From: Opitutales bacterium
Lineage (GTDB): Bacteria > Verrucomicrobiota > Verrucomicrobiia > Opitutales > PNEW01
Reading direction: 5' to 3'
Assembly: GCA_965197745.1 (NCBI GenBank)
Contig: CBDANS010000006.1
Span: forward strand, 672,001-736,000
DNA length: 64,000 nt
Below, one piece after another: positions 51,800-62,553 of this stretch (within the stretch, counting starts at the first letter, position 1; each line of letters begins with the position of its first letter). The notes under the pieces are model-generated. The model did not search any database, was not told the origin of the DNA, and saw only the letters and a list, made by a program, of their open reading frames with translations. The position numbers and the translations under genes are program-made.

Positions 51800-52165
51800 T
51801 GCCTGGAATGGAAGATGTCGGGCTCTGCCCTCGGTAGCTTCGTCGCTACACTCCTCGCAATGACAATACGTGTGTAATCTGTAAGAGGATAATTAGAACA
51901 TGCTGCATATTCATACCTTTGTCATTACAAGACCCGCGGGCGCGGGACGAAGCTACCGAGCGCAGCGACATCTTCCAAAAGCACAAGATAGATTAAAATA
52001 GAATGGAGGGACGCGCTCCGTCGCGTCCGCTAATAAGTCTATAATGGTGGAGCGGGCTGCCTGACCGACATAGTCCCGCCACCGCGGGACGACGGTTGGT
52101 TCTCAGCACGTTTCTTAAATTGCGATTAAAAGAAATAACGCACTAGAGACAGCGCGTTCCACCTT
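51800..52165. repeat. Cluster of REP-like elements
   Basis: CTCCTCGCAATGACAATA, GGAGGGACGCGCTCCGTCGCGTCCG, GGTGGAGCGGGCTG...ACAGCGCGTTCCACC. Confidence 0.75.
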
Positions 52166-52192
52166 CAATCAGCAATAATACTTGTTCCATTT

Positions 52193-53062
52193 TTAATCCG
52201 CGACCCAATGGTGAAAGAGGGGTTTTACGTCTTCTGATAGTTTTTCATACACCTCACGCTTTACGAGTGGACTATCAAAATTTTTCCCGTTCGTCTCCAC
52301 AATCATACGCGTATGATCCGGTGTCCCTATCATCGCGGGATTAAGATTAAACCACCAGGGGACATAACGAATGATTAAGGCAATGCGCGGCTCATCGCTT
52401 TTATTTACTCCTCCCGCGTGCCAGACACGGGGATCAAAAAGGAGCACATCCCCCGGCTCGCCACTGATTTGTACTTCCGTTTTATGAGGGGCGTGGATAT
52501 CGATGCCATTAGCTCCCTCGACTGAAGGGCCGTTACCGATACGGTGACTTCCGGGAATAAAATAAGTGCCGCCTGTTGTTTCATTGAATGGCGTCATCAT
52601 CCAAATTGTTGTCATGCCCATCATAACGTCCGGATAGGGTGCTGTAATATGCATCGCATTGGTTTGATTATAGGGCCAGGCATCATGCCAATAGAAACGA
52701 TCCGTTCCCGGATCTTTTATAAGAACTGAGGTAAACACGATCCGCGCATAGGGTCCCATCAATGCTTCCGCAACACCCAGTACTTTTTCATGTGAGAGAT
52801 AGGGGGCGAATACCTGGGTGTTATTAATTAAACCCTTGGCCTGATGTTCCCCTTGGATGCTCATTTTATGACCTTGCGCCCGGGTCTTTGCTTTTTCTTT
52901 TTCTATCTCCGCGAATGCTTCTTCACTTACATTTAAAACCTCCTCGCGAATAGCACTGACTTTGTCTTCAGGTATCACGCCTTTCGCCACACAAAAACCA
53001 CTCATCTTTATATCGCTTACGATTTCTTCGAGCGTCTGTATGTCTTCCTTCTCTTTTGTCAT
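52193..53062 (-). CDS. PhyH-family Fe/2OG enzyme with an HxA iron motif
   Basis: GFCVAKGVIP, WHDAWP, GGTYFIPGSH, GDVLLFD..VWHAGGVN.SD.PR. Confidence 0.82.
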   Translation of the reverse strand: MTKEKEDIQTLEEIVSDIKMSGFCVAKGVIPEDKVSAIREEVLNVSEEAFAEIEKEKAKTRAQGHKMSIQGEHQAKGLINNTQVFAPYLSHEKVLGVAEALMGPYARIVFTSVLIKDPGTDRFYWHDAWPYNQTNAMHITAPYPDVMMGMTTIWMMTPFNETTGGTYFIPGSHRIGNGPSVEGANGIDIHAPHKTEVQISGEPGDVLLFDPRVWHAGGVNKSDEPRIALIIRYVPWWFNLNPAMIGTPDHTRMIVETNGKNFDSPLVKREVYEKLSEDVKPLFHHWVAD

Positions 53063-53159
53063 GACACTAATTTTTCAATGGGTATTATTTTATAAAATAA
53101 AAGAAGAATTATGAATTGATGACAATCTATTGTAATGCCCCATCAGGATGCGTAGAGGA

Positions 53160-54089
53160 TCATTGGCTTTTTCTTTTTTGCTTATTCAGCCAAACTTTGG
53201 CCCTGTGTTCAGCTTCGGCAATTTGTGATGGCGCCATAACTCGTATAAGTATTTCTGTAAGGTTCTTGTCATCGGAGATGCCTGAAAGGGCCGCAATGCT
53301 TAACCAGGTATAGGCCCAGATGTAATTCTGCTGAACACCTCTGCCACTGGTGTACAACTCCGCCAGAATATATTGAGCATCGGAGTTTCCCTGGTAAGCT
53401 GCCTTGCGCCACCATTCAAAGGCTTGAGCATAATCGCGATTTACCCCTCGGCCCTCAGCATAAAATTCTGCAATTTTATTTTGGGCAATGGGGTATCCCT
53501 GTTCGGCTGATTTATATGTCCACTTGAAAGCCTCGGCATCATCCTGTTCAACTCCCTGGCCTTTTTCATATAACATTCCAACATTAAGTTGGGCTTTGGC
53601 ATCCCCCTGCAAAGCAGCCTGCTGGTACCATTTGAAGGTCTGGTCGTAATTTTGCTTAACCCCATAACCAAAGTAATAAAGTCTCCCGATCATGAATTGC
53701 CCCTCGGTAATTTGTGCCGGGGTCATGTAAGCCTTGATACTTTCCAGGTGTTTCAAGCTCGAAGCGTGACCGGCACCGGTCGCGACACTCAACCAGGTGT
53801 ACGCCCATATATAATTACGCTCTACTCCGTGGCCCTTGGCATACATTACTCCCAGATTGTTCTGGGCTTTAGCATGACCCTGTTCGGCCGCTTTTTGAGT
53901 CCATTTAAAGGCTTCATTTAAATCCTGGGTAACACCCTGCCCCTTAAAGTAAATAAGCCCAAGCTTGTACTGGCTCTCGACATCTCCTTTTTCTGCTCGT
54001 GCTTGTAAATCTGAAAGTGCGCCACTCTCTACACCGAAGGTTGCGCCGGCCATTAAAAGAAAAGCGATAATTGGAATCCAATGTTTCAT
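53160..54089 (-). CDS. Secreted Sel1-repeat protein
   Basis: Repeated AQ.NLG.MY..G.GV..D...A..W..KAA.QG. Confidence 0.9.
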   Translation of the reverse strand: MKHWIPIIAFLLMAGATFGVESGALSDLQARAEKGDVESQYKLGLIYFKGQGVTQDLNEAFKWTQKAAEQGHAKAQNNLGVMYAKGHGVERNYIWAYTWLSVATGAGHASSLKHLESIKAYMTPAQITEGQFMIGRLYYFGYGVKQNYDQTFKWYQQAALQGDAKAQLNVGMLYEKGQGVEQDDAEAFKWTYKSAEQGYPIAQNKIAEFYAEGRGVNRDYAQAFEWWRKAAYQGNSDAQYILAELYTSGRGVQQNYIWAYTWLSIAALSGISDDKNLTEILIRVMAPSQIAEAEHRAKVWLNKQKRKSQ

Positions 54090-54189
54090 ACAATGTAATA
54101 GATGCCGTTCTCCTACTAATTATTTTATGAAAGAATTTGTAGAGTAAATAATTTCAGCGATTCACCCTATAGCGGGAACCTGTTAAGTG

Positions 54190-54485
54190 GCACGCGTCGT
54201 CGTCCCGCCAGAAAATTTGATCATTATTATGAGATTAAATGCAATATTAAGGATGAAAATTGTTTACAAATAATGGAGGGACGCGCGTTGTCGCGTCCGT
54301 GGATATATATTGATAGCCGTACCCCAAAGCGGCCATGACGGAGCATGGCCCTCCAAAAAATCATCATACCAAGGTGGAACGCGCGGTGCTTCCCATTAAT
54401 TCATCCCCGTATTTTCATTACACCCATTCACGCGTTTACCCATTGTCACATTATATCGGGAGGGCCACGCGTCGTCGTGGCCGTA
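54190..54485. repeat. Cluster of GGAG/GTGG-tagged REP-like hairpins
   Basis: GGAGGGACGCGCGTTGTCGCGTCCG, CGGCCATGACGGAGCATGGCCCTCC, GGAGGGCCACGCGTCGTCGTGGCCG. Confidence 0.75.
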
Positions 54486-54532
54486 ACGAATAAAACTTTG
54501 CTAAACCTGTTCTTCTAAATCCCGCAAGTACT

Positions 54533-56098
54533 TCAGTTTCTCCGCCTGAACTGCAAGAAGATGAAGAGGCAACCGATTGCCATTAAGACCCAAGTAGAAG
54601 GCTCGGGAACAACCTTCAGGCTAAGGGAATTAGAGGAAAATTGAGGTTGAAAAAACAGGTTTCCGGAAAACCCCAATGCGTCGTCGATAGAGCCGAAATC
54701 GCCAGACCTTAACCCCGTCCATGTGAGCACTTCAAAGCTCTGGCCCAGCGTTGGGAGCACTTCACCAAGCAGTAAAATGTCTAAATCTCCACTGCCAAAA
54801 TTTAAGTTTCCCGTTATATTCAATTGGCTAAAGTCAATCCCATCATTGATACTGATTTCTAACGCACTACCCGCATTGAATGTCAGGTCCCCTTCAATAT
54901 CTAAGGAAAAAACAGTATCAGGTGCAATCACTCCAAAATTTTCAATACTATCAATATCGAGTAGCCCGCTACCTTCTACCTGGCCATGATTTGTCAATGT
55001 TGATGCTTCCAATTCACTCGTAAGCACTCCACTGCTGGCAAGGGCGATAGTCCCACTTAAACTTATGGTTATATCGTTAGTAATAACTACCTGGCTCCCA
55101 TTAGTAATATTCAATTGCCCTGTCCCCAGATTGCCGACAAATAATTTGTCTGCATTTATGGTACCACCCCCCATAATCGTTAAATCCGCATCATCCGAAC
55201 TTGGCAGGCCAAGTTCAATAGCGTTATTTACGTCCAGGGTATTGTCGGCCATCGCGAAGGTCAGAGAATCATTGAGAACTTTAAGACCATCGACTAATTG
55301 ATCAGAGCTGAACGTAACGAGATAATTGCTGCCGCTCTGATTAAAATGAGCAATATCATCTGTACCGGGAACTATACCACCCACCCAGTTAGATCCAGCG
55401 CCAAAATCTCCGGGTAGTGGATTAGCCCACAAAAAGGGAACTTCGCTCAGAGCGGTTGAAATTTCGCTCGCGAGAAGAGGTCCATCCCAAATCCGGATTT
55501 CGTTAACGATACCTGCTGAAGCTTCTCCGAAACCAGTCGCTGCATCGTCCATAAAAAAAGCAAACCGAGCAAGTCCCCCGTTATCGACGGCTATCGCGCG
55601 GCTGGATGAATCAACAAAGGAGTACTCAGGAGAGGAGGACCCGTTCAGGTAAGTGGTATAGACATCGTCAGCTGAAGATCGAGTGAATACCACATTAATA
55701 AATTCATCAGGTTGAACAACCACCGAGCTTGTATGATGGGGGTCATAAAACCGTACATTACCACTCAAAATGTATTGACCTGAATCGATGGTACGGTTCT
55801 TGAAATCAACGATTTTATTCCAGCTGCTAACTGACTCAAAACTAAATTGAATCCCAATCGAATAATTATCTGCCAGGCTTAATGTGGTATCAAGAAACAA
55901 GCCTTCGTTCGTGCCGAATGAATAACTGTCGCTATTTATCGTTCCCCCATTTTCCGTTAATACGGTACTACTTAAGCTGTCGTTAAGGTTATTATCAAAT
56001 TCAAATAAATGTACTAAGGTAACTGCTTGAACACCGCTCCATGCCATGGAGCCAAAAAAAAGTCCGCATCCAAGTTTTATAATATTATGGAATGACAT
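54533..56098 (-). CDS. PEP-CTERM sorting-signal protein with a LamG-like N-terminal domain
   Basis: Signal peptide; C-terminus VPEPSTWVLMAIGCLFIFLQFRRRN. Confidence 0.9.
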   Translation of the reverse strand: MSFHNIIKLGCGLFFGSMAWSGVQAVTLVHLFEFDNNLNDSLSSTVLTENGGTINSDSYSFGTNEGLFLDTTLSLADNYSIGIQFSFESVSSWNKIVDFKNRTIDSGQYILSGNVRFYDPHHTSSVVVQPDEFINVVFTRSSADDVYTTYLNGSSSPEYSFVDSSSRAIAVDNGGLARFAFFMDDAATGFGEASAGIVNEIRIWDGPLLASEISTALSEVPFLWANPLPGDFGAGSNWVGGIVPGTDDIAHFNQSGSNYLVTFSSDQLVDGLKVLNDSLTFAMADNTLDVNNAIELGLPSSDDADLTIMGGGTINADKLFVGNLGTGQLNITNGSQVVITNDITISLSGTIALASSGVLTSELEASTLTNHGQVEGSGLLDIDSIENFGVIAPDTVFSLDIEGDLTFNAGSALEISINDGIDFSQLNITGNLNFGSGDLDILLLGEVLPTLGQSFEVLTWTGLRSGDFGSIDDALGFSGNLFFQPQFSSNSLSLKVVPEPSTWVLMAIGCLFIFLQFRRRN

Positions 56099-56375
56099 AA
56101 CAGAATGTATAAGTATTAACCGAAAATAAATTATCTATTTTTTTTTTATTTATTATCATCTTGGAAATGTATGACTACCATCTGTTATATAACAGACATA
56201 ATAGAAATATTCACCAAGAATTATTTCCTAAACAGGTATAATTTATAGTAGAAGTAATTTTAGCGAGAACCAGGTAGTAATATAATGATATCCCAAGTCG
56301 TCCTATACTGTCAATATTTATAAGATACAGGTTATGTTTTTCAATAAGCTCTCACCGTAAATGATCCAATTATCC

Positions 56376-56910
56376 GGAGGGCCACGCGTCGTCGTGGCCG
56401 TATTGAATTTATTGGGATAACGGCTGTCCCAGCACGCTTCTTTTTCCTATTTAACTATAATATAAACACGGACGCGACGGTGCGCGTCCCTCCATCATGC
56501 TGGAATAAATAATAATATATACATTGAGTCTTCGTCTATCTCTTAAATTATTTGCAATATAATGAGAATTCAATTCGAGACGAAAAGGTGGAGGCAGACC
56601 CGTCTTCATCTTTAATCTACGACGTGGCAAGCGTAGTCGAAGATTATTGCATGAGATCGAGCAATCTATAATTAAATATTAAATGACCAATAACGCGGTA
56701 GGGACCAGCCGTCGTCCCGCAATGGCGGGACTATGGCCGGCAGGTAACCACGCGTCCCTCCATTATACTATAATAATTTTTACCCGGAGGGCCACGCGTT
56801 GTCGTGGCCGCTTTGAGGTACAGTGTTGAATGGGTAATCCGCGGACGCAACGATCAGCCGTCGCCGCGTAGATGTGGAGCTATAGCCGACAGGCATCCAT
56901 GCGTACCACC
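56376..56910. repeat. Large composite REP-like cluster with nested insertions
   Basis: Several GGAGGGCCACGCG..GTCGTGGCCG copies plus inverted copies of the units at 16681-16890. Confidence 0.75.
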
Positions 56911-56963
56911 TAATTGCTTAACACCTAAAACTTAAAACCTAACACTGATCGATAGATCACCAT

Positions 56964-59900
56964 TCATTCAATCGTAATCTCCTCAGTCGTCACCGCAATA
57001 TCATCACCGTCTTCATTAGCGAATGCCGCATTGATACTCCGTGTCGGTTGAGGGGTGTTGTCAGACTTGAAGTTGTTCTGGGTGATCAAAGTATCAAAGC
57101 CGGGGGTTGTCGATCCACTCTCCGCTACGACGATTGAAGCGCCGTTCGACTGGGCCAGGTCGCCTCCCGTAATCCGCAAACCCGGGTTGCCGGCTGCTAC
57201 CGTGAAGGAACCATCTCCAAACAGCAAATGCGGTACTGCATTACCATTGGCATCGATCTCTCATACCGTTAAGCGTACCGCGATTGGCACTCCTCGCGCG
57301 ACTACACCAACATCGCTCGTGTTACCTGAAAATACATTGTTCGACAACTGCATTCCCCCTATCCCCGTGGAGTTGACTACCTCTACTAATGTCACGTCGG
57401 CTTCGGCGTCATAGACCTGTCCCTCGGGGAACAGGGCCTGATTCACCGCGTTAATCGATCCAACCGTGAAAATACTGAAGAAAGTATTCGAGTTGGCTCC
57501 GTCAATGACCACGCTCGGCTTACCGGTGACGTACTCTACCTGCTGATTGTAGCGTGGGGGCAAAGCCGCGGGTAAGAAGGTAGCCGGGTCCAGGGTTATG
57601 GTAAAGGTCCCGCTCCCCGAGAACTCTACTTGTACGATATCCTCATCTTCGTCCATGAAGGAGACGCGTGTGATCTGCTCGTCCTTTGCCTGAAGTTGAA
57701 TGAATTCTCCGGTGAGCAGGACCTGATCGAAGACGTTCCCGTTGGGGTGCGCAATGTTTTCTCCCGCCACATCACCCGAGCCATCGAGTATTAATCTGGC
57801 AACCGCTGACAAGACAACATTATGCCGTCCCCCCGCAGTAATTGCGGTTACGTTGACTAACCCTTCAGGCGCTTCGGCCTGTCCGGAATCATTAAGCCCC
57901 CACCCGATCACTTCACCTTCAGCATCAAGGGCCAGGTTGTGGTTCAATCCAGCCGCTATGGAGGTTACCGCACTTGCATTGAAGGCCACCGTTATTTCAT
58001 TTTTCGCGCTTAAACTTGCCTGGGCTGCGTTAAAAGGAATATCCAATTGCCCAAAAGTATTATCACCCCAGGCTACCGTAACACTATCTTCGGTTAGGGC
58101 CAGGCTGTGGTTATCTCCTGCTGAGATGGCCGTCACATTAGTCAGGTTGGCAGGTACATCTGTCTGGCCGGAGTCGTTCCGGCCCCAGGCGACGACGGTG
58201 CCACCACTCTTTAAAGCCAGGTTATGAAACCCACCTGCTGCCAATGCTATTACATCAGTAAGGTCTCCGGGTGGTGTTGCCTGCCCATCGTCATTATTGC
58301 CCCATCCGATAACGGTACCATCGGACAATAAAGCGAGGCTATGACTTCCTCCCGCAGACACCGCGATCGCATTCGTTAATCCCGCAGGAACATCCGTCTG
58401 GCCGTTATCATTGTTACCCCAGGCGACGACGCTACCATCCGCTATCACGGCTAAATTATGATCATACCCGGCATCCACATCGGTCACATCAGTTACTTCA
58501 GCGGGCACCGTCGACTGTCCTGCCTGATCTCTACCCCATCCCACTACGCTACCGTCATTTCTCAAACCGATATTGTGGTCTAATCCCGCTGACACCTCGG
58601 TCAGTTCAGGCGCGCCCTCTCCGCGAATAGCTCCCGGCACACCACCCTGATCAAATTCATCACTGCCATATCCGGCAGCCGTTATCCTCGTTTCAATTTC
58701 TTCCTCCACAGGAGGTTCACCATTTCCTGTTTGCCCGCCAGCGTCATTAGTGTAGAAGCTATTGTAAGAGAGATTTTGCTGGTCATGGTATTGCAGATCC
58801 AGGTTTGTAACGTCAGCCCAGGGAATATTTTCACTGTTAAGGTCAATATTTTTGATATTGCTGAGTTGATCGTTTAGTATTCGTAATAAAGTAGGACCGT
58901 TTTGCCGCGTTATCCGAAACTGGAATCCGTTAATGGGAAAGGTGGGGGAAATATCATTCCCGGTTGAAGGATCCCTATAGGTCCAGGAAACACTTTGGAT
59001 ATTATTGTTACTGTCGAGCATCACAGTAGGCAGGATAACCAGATGGTAATTTTCTGCCATGGAAGTATCGAAATCAGTTGTAATATCCATGCCTTTATAA
59101 TTTACGATGTAAGTGCCACTTGGTGGGTAAGGCGGAATACTTACACTGGATATACCATAAAAGCTAATATCTTCACCTGGATTAAAAAAAATAGCAGGAC
59201 TATTATTGTATTGCGCGCCGTTGGGTCCGCTGAAGAACACCTGGTTCGGATCGGGAAGTTCTGTGTCCACCACGCTGAAGTTAAGAAAATAATTTAAATT
59301 AGCGGGGAAACCTTGATCCACACCGACTATACTTCCAGTGGGTTCTGTGAAATTTCCACCGGATTGAAAAATCATGCTGATAGTGTTTACGGGTACGCTC
59401 TCGCCCGTAGTACGCAGGAAAAAATCGGTAGTAGCAACGTAACCGGCTGACCCGATAACAATCTCGACCGGGTTGCCAACCATGTAATCAGTATCATTGG
59501 TGTCGACGATATTGATAAAATTCAAAACCGCCAAGTAATCCGTTCCCGGTTGCAGGGTGCCCGCAGGAATAGTGACCAAGGTAGCTGAATAGTCCAATGC
59601 TCCGGGTTCAGGGGGAAAAGAGGTTTCAAAAACTACATTTCCATCCATATAAGTTTCAATTTCCACGATGAGAAAATCTCCTGCATTGCCATTGGCGAAA
59701 GCATCCCAGGTGAGCGTAAAATCCATTTCAGGATCGACCGTTTGCGCTGCGGAATGATTAGTTATGTGAGGGGGCAGCCGGAAACCTTAACCCGTTAACC
59801 GGATCGCTATTTAAATTTAATAGGGCGGATATGTTGCCATCATTAACGGTATACATATTCATAAAATAAATGCCATCAGGGAAACTGGAGTCGAGATCGC

Positions 59901-60225
59901 CAATCGAATCAAAGCCTGGTTCTATAAGCCAATCACCTCCAATTTCCTGGTCCAATGACAGAGGACTGCTCCCCGGAGGCACAACCATAGCCATGGTAAC
60001 GGAATCAGAGGCGGTTCCCTCAAGCTCAGCGAGGAAGTGGTAGGGGCTCATACTATTCGGTAGTGGAGCACCATCATCATCCTGACCGAAATCTGCTTCT
60101 TTGAGTACTAAATAAAAATCCACATCGGCAGCGTGCAGGTTCATTTCAGCTATAAACAGAACGGTAATTATTAGAGCTAAGGTATGAGAGAACGATATGA
60201 GTATTATTTTCATTACGGTAATCAT
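56964..60225 (-). pseudogene. Secreted RCC1-repeat protein with the conserved C-terminal domain (copy 3); +1 frameshift at the G5 run (59770-59774) and in-frame TGA (57261-57263)
   Basis: Removing one base gives FPAAPHITNHSAAQTVDPEMDFTLTW; repeats AG..H.LAL..DG.V..WG.N..GQ; VRLTV*EIDANG where paralogs have VRLTVGDIDA.G. Confidence 0.8.
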
Positions 60226-60582
60226 AAATTACATGTTTATGGAAATTTTCATTCTGCCGACTGCACGCAGTTTAACGAGTTAATAGCAAATAAGTCAGCC
60301 ACGACATGCAAAATATAATTTGAATAGCATTATCAGGTCAAGGCCTTCGAGAGCTGTCATATGGGGCCACTCGATTTGGAAGATGTCGGACTTTGTCCTC
60401 GGGACGATTGCGACTGTGGATTGAAACTAATGGATTTGATGTTCGGCAACCATGGCCGCAACAATAAACGACTCACGGTTATTTAGGCTTTAAAAGCTCA
60501 TAAGAGTTTGTCAGTTATATTTCCGGTTACCTTTTTAACTTTTTCCGCGACAAAATTCGCGGTGTCAATGAGGAAAATATCG

Positions 60583-61576
60583 ATGGATGCAAAAGCACTT
60601 ATCTGCGATGAAAAACAAAGTTTCTCAATTGAAGCTGTAAGGCTTCCTGAATGCGCTCCCGATCAAGTTGCCATTCGCACCTATTACTCCGGTGTGAGTA
60701 TCGGCACGGAGTTCGCGTATATTCGCAATAAACTCTCGCCGGGGCCATATCCTCTATCTACTGGATATATGGGCACGGGCATAGTTGAAACCGTCGGGTC
60801 TGCGATCGACAATTTCGCAGTCGGTGACGAAGTCTACTTTCGCGGTAATGACAGCATGGCCCTAGCCGACGGAACTTCGGTCACCAGCGTCACCGGCGCC
60901 CACTGCAGCCGCATTGTGACCAGACCCAACACGACGCACGGTGTTGCCCACCTGCCCCCCCGGCGCGGCACAGGACGTGGCGTCTATGTACGTTATGCCC
61001 GCCGTCGGACTGAACGGGGTGGACATGGCCAATCCCAGAATGGGCCAGACTGCAGTCGTCTATGGATGTGGTCTCATAGGGTTGGGGGTCATCGCCGCCT
61101 GCGCGCAGCGTGGCTGCAAGGTTATCGCTGTAGACATCAACGAAAAACGGCTCGCTATTGCCAGGACGATGGGTGCCGATCAAACCATGGACGCGTCAGT
61201 GGCTGAGAAGGAGATCGGAACAGAGGGCGCTGATATCGTCTTCGAAAGCACGGGACTGCCCGAGTGCATCGATCCTGCCATCGCGTTGTGCCGGAAGCAC
61301 GGTAGCTTTGTCTGGCAAGGAAACTACGGCAGGGATCCGGTATCGATGAACTTTCTGCGCCCGCACGGCCGCCGTTTGCAGATGTTCTTTCCCTGTGATG
61401 ACGGCCTGCAGCCCTGTCGCCGCGCAGTTGTTAAGAACATGGCGAGCGGAACGCTGAAATGGGAGCTGTGTATCAGCCATCGAATTTCTTTTACGGAATC
61501 CCCCGCAATTTTTCAACGCATCAACGAAGGAGATACAGATGATATTATCGGCGTCGTCATCAACTGGCAGACCTGA
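60583..61576 (+). pseudogene. Zinc-type alcohol dehydrogenase-family protein, +1 frameshift in the C7 run (60955-60961)
   Basis: SGVSIGTE, GYMGTG, then in the next frame VYGCGLIG, VFESTG; a C6 run would restore the frame (may be a sequencing error). Confidence 0.75.
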
Positions 61577-61609
61577 ATTCTACCTATTTAACTGGCAGAG
61601 CGCGCGTCA

Positions 61610-62443
61610 ATGAACACCGTATTAATTACCGGAGCCAGCGGCTTTATCGGTCGGGCCCTCTCCCCCGCCATGGCTGCGCGTCACGAGGTGCTCTGCATGA
61701 GCCGCAGGAATCCCGAGCTGGATCTCCCGTGGATTCGCGGTGACTTCGGGTCCTTTGAGGATCTTAGACAGCTCGACGGGAATACCATCGATGTACTCGT
61801 TCACCTCGGCGCCGAAACCGGCGGTTGCACAGAGCGCAATGGTATGCTTGTTAACGTTGAGGGCTCGCGTTGTCTGATGCGCTACTTGATAGACACCGGT
61901 TGCAAAAGGTTTGTGTTGGCCAGTTCCATCGCGGCTGTGGGTTTTCAGAATAAGGCATTCAGACCTTTGCAAGTTCCCATCCTCGATGAACACCCCTGTC
62001 TCGACCGTGACGGTTACGGTTTTTCTAAATTCATGATGGAAGAAGTCGCCAAGTACCACCAGCGCCAGAACGAAGCGATCGACGTGATCAATCTGCGCCT
62101 GTCCTCCGTAGGGTCCGACGACAATATGCCCGCCCCAAAAAAGCCGGGCCCCATGACCAATTGGGCCCTTGGCGGTATCACCTACATGGCGCTCAGTGAC
62201 GCCGTCCGCGCCTTCGCCACAGCGGCTGAAGCGCCGCATAAATCAGGAGTTCGTACCATGAATGCCACTGCCCCACGCTCCTGGACGGCGGTCCCCGTTG
62301 CAGAAATATTAAAAACCTGGTGGGGAGATGAAGTCGACCTGTCCCATTTTGAACAGCCGGGGCATGAGTACGATTCCGTCTATGATGTGAGCCTTATTTT
62401 AAGCGAAATTGGCTTCGTGGCTGAAGGGACGGTAGATTCGTAA
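61610..62443 (+). CDS. NAD-dependent epimerase/dehydratase
   Basis: ITGASGFIG, ASSIAA, YGFSK. Confidence 0.88.
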   Translation: MNTVLITGASGFIGRALSPAMAARHEVLCMSRRNPELDLPWIRGDFGSFEDLRQLDGNTIDVLVHLGAETGGCTERNGMLVNVEGSRCLMRYLIDTGCKRFVLASSIAAVGFQNKAFRPLQVPILDEHPCLDRDGYGFSKFMMEEVAKYHQRQNEAIDVINLRLSSVGSDDNMPAPKKPGPMTNWALGGITYMALSDAVRAFATAAEAPHKSGVRTMNATAPRSWTAVPVAEILKTWWGDEVDLSHFEQPGHEYDSVYDVSLILSEIGFVAEGTVDS

Positions 62444-62553
62444 GCTTCTCCTGATGTTGATCCGACCAATTCTTAACCCTATTTTCGGCTTCCATGATTT
62501 GGGTTGTCGTTATGACTTGCTCATCATCTCCTTAATTAGATAAAAGGATTAAT

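Noticed and set aside
16600..56910. Recurring short palindromes as a CRISPR array
   Set aside because: Irregular spacing, mixed orientation, dispersed between genes and no cas genes; they behave like REP elements
57261..57263. TGA at a conserved Gly position, suggesting TGA=Gly recoding or selenocysteine
   Set aside because: Many intact genes here, including both paralogs, end in TGA, and the aligned residue is Gly, not Cys. A point mutation or error is simpler
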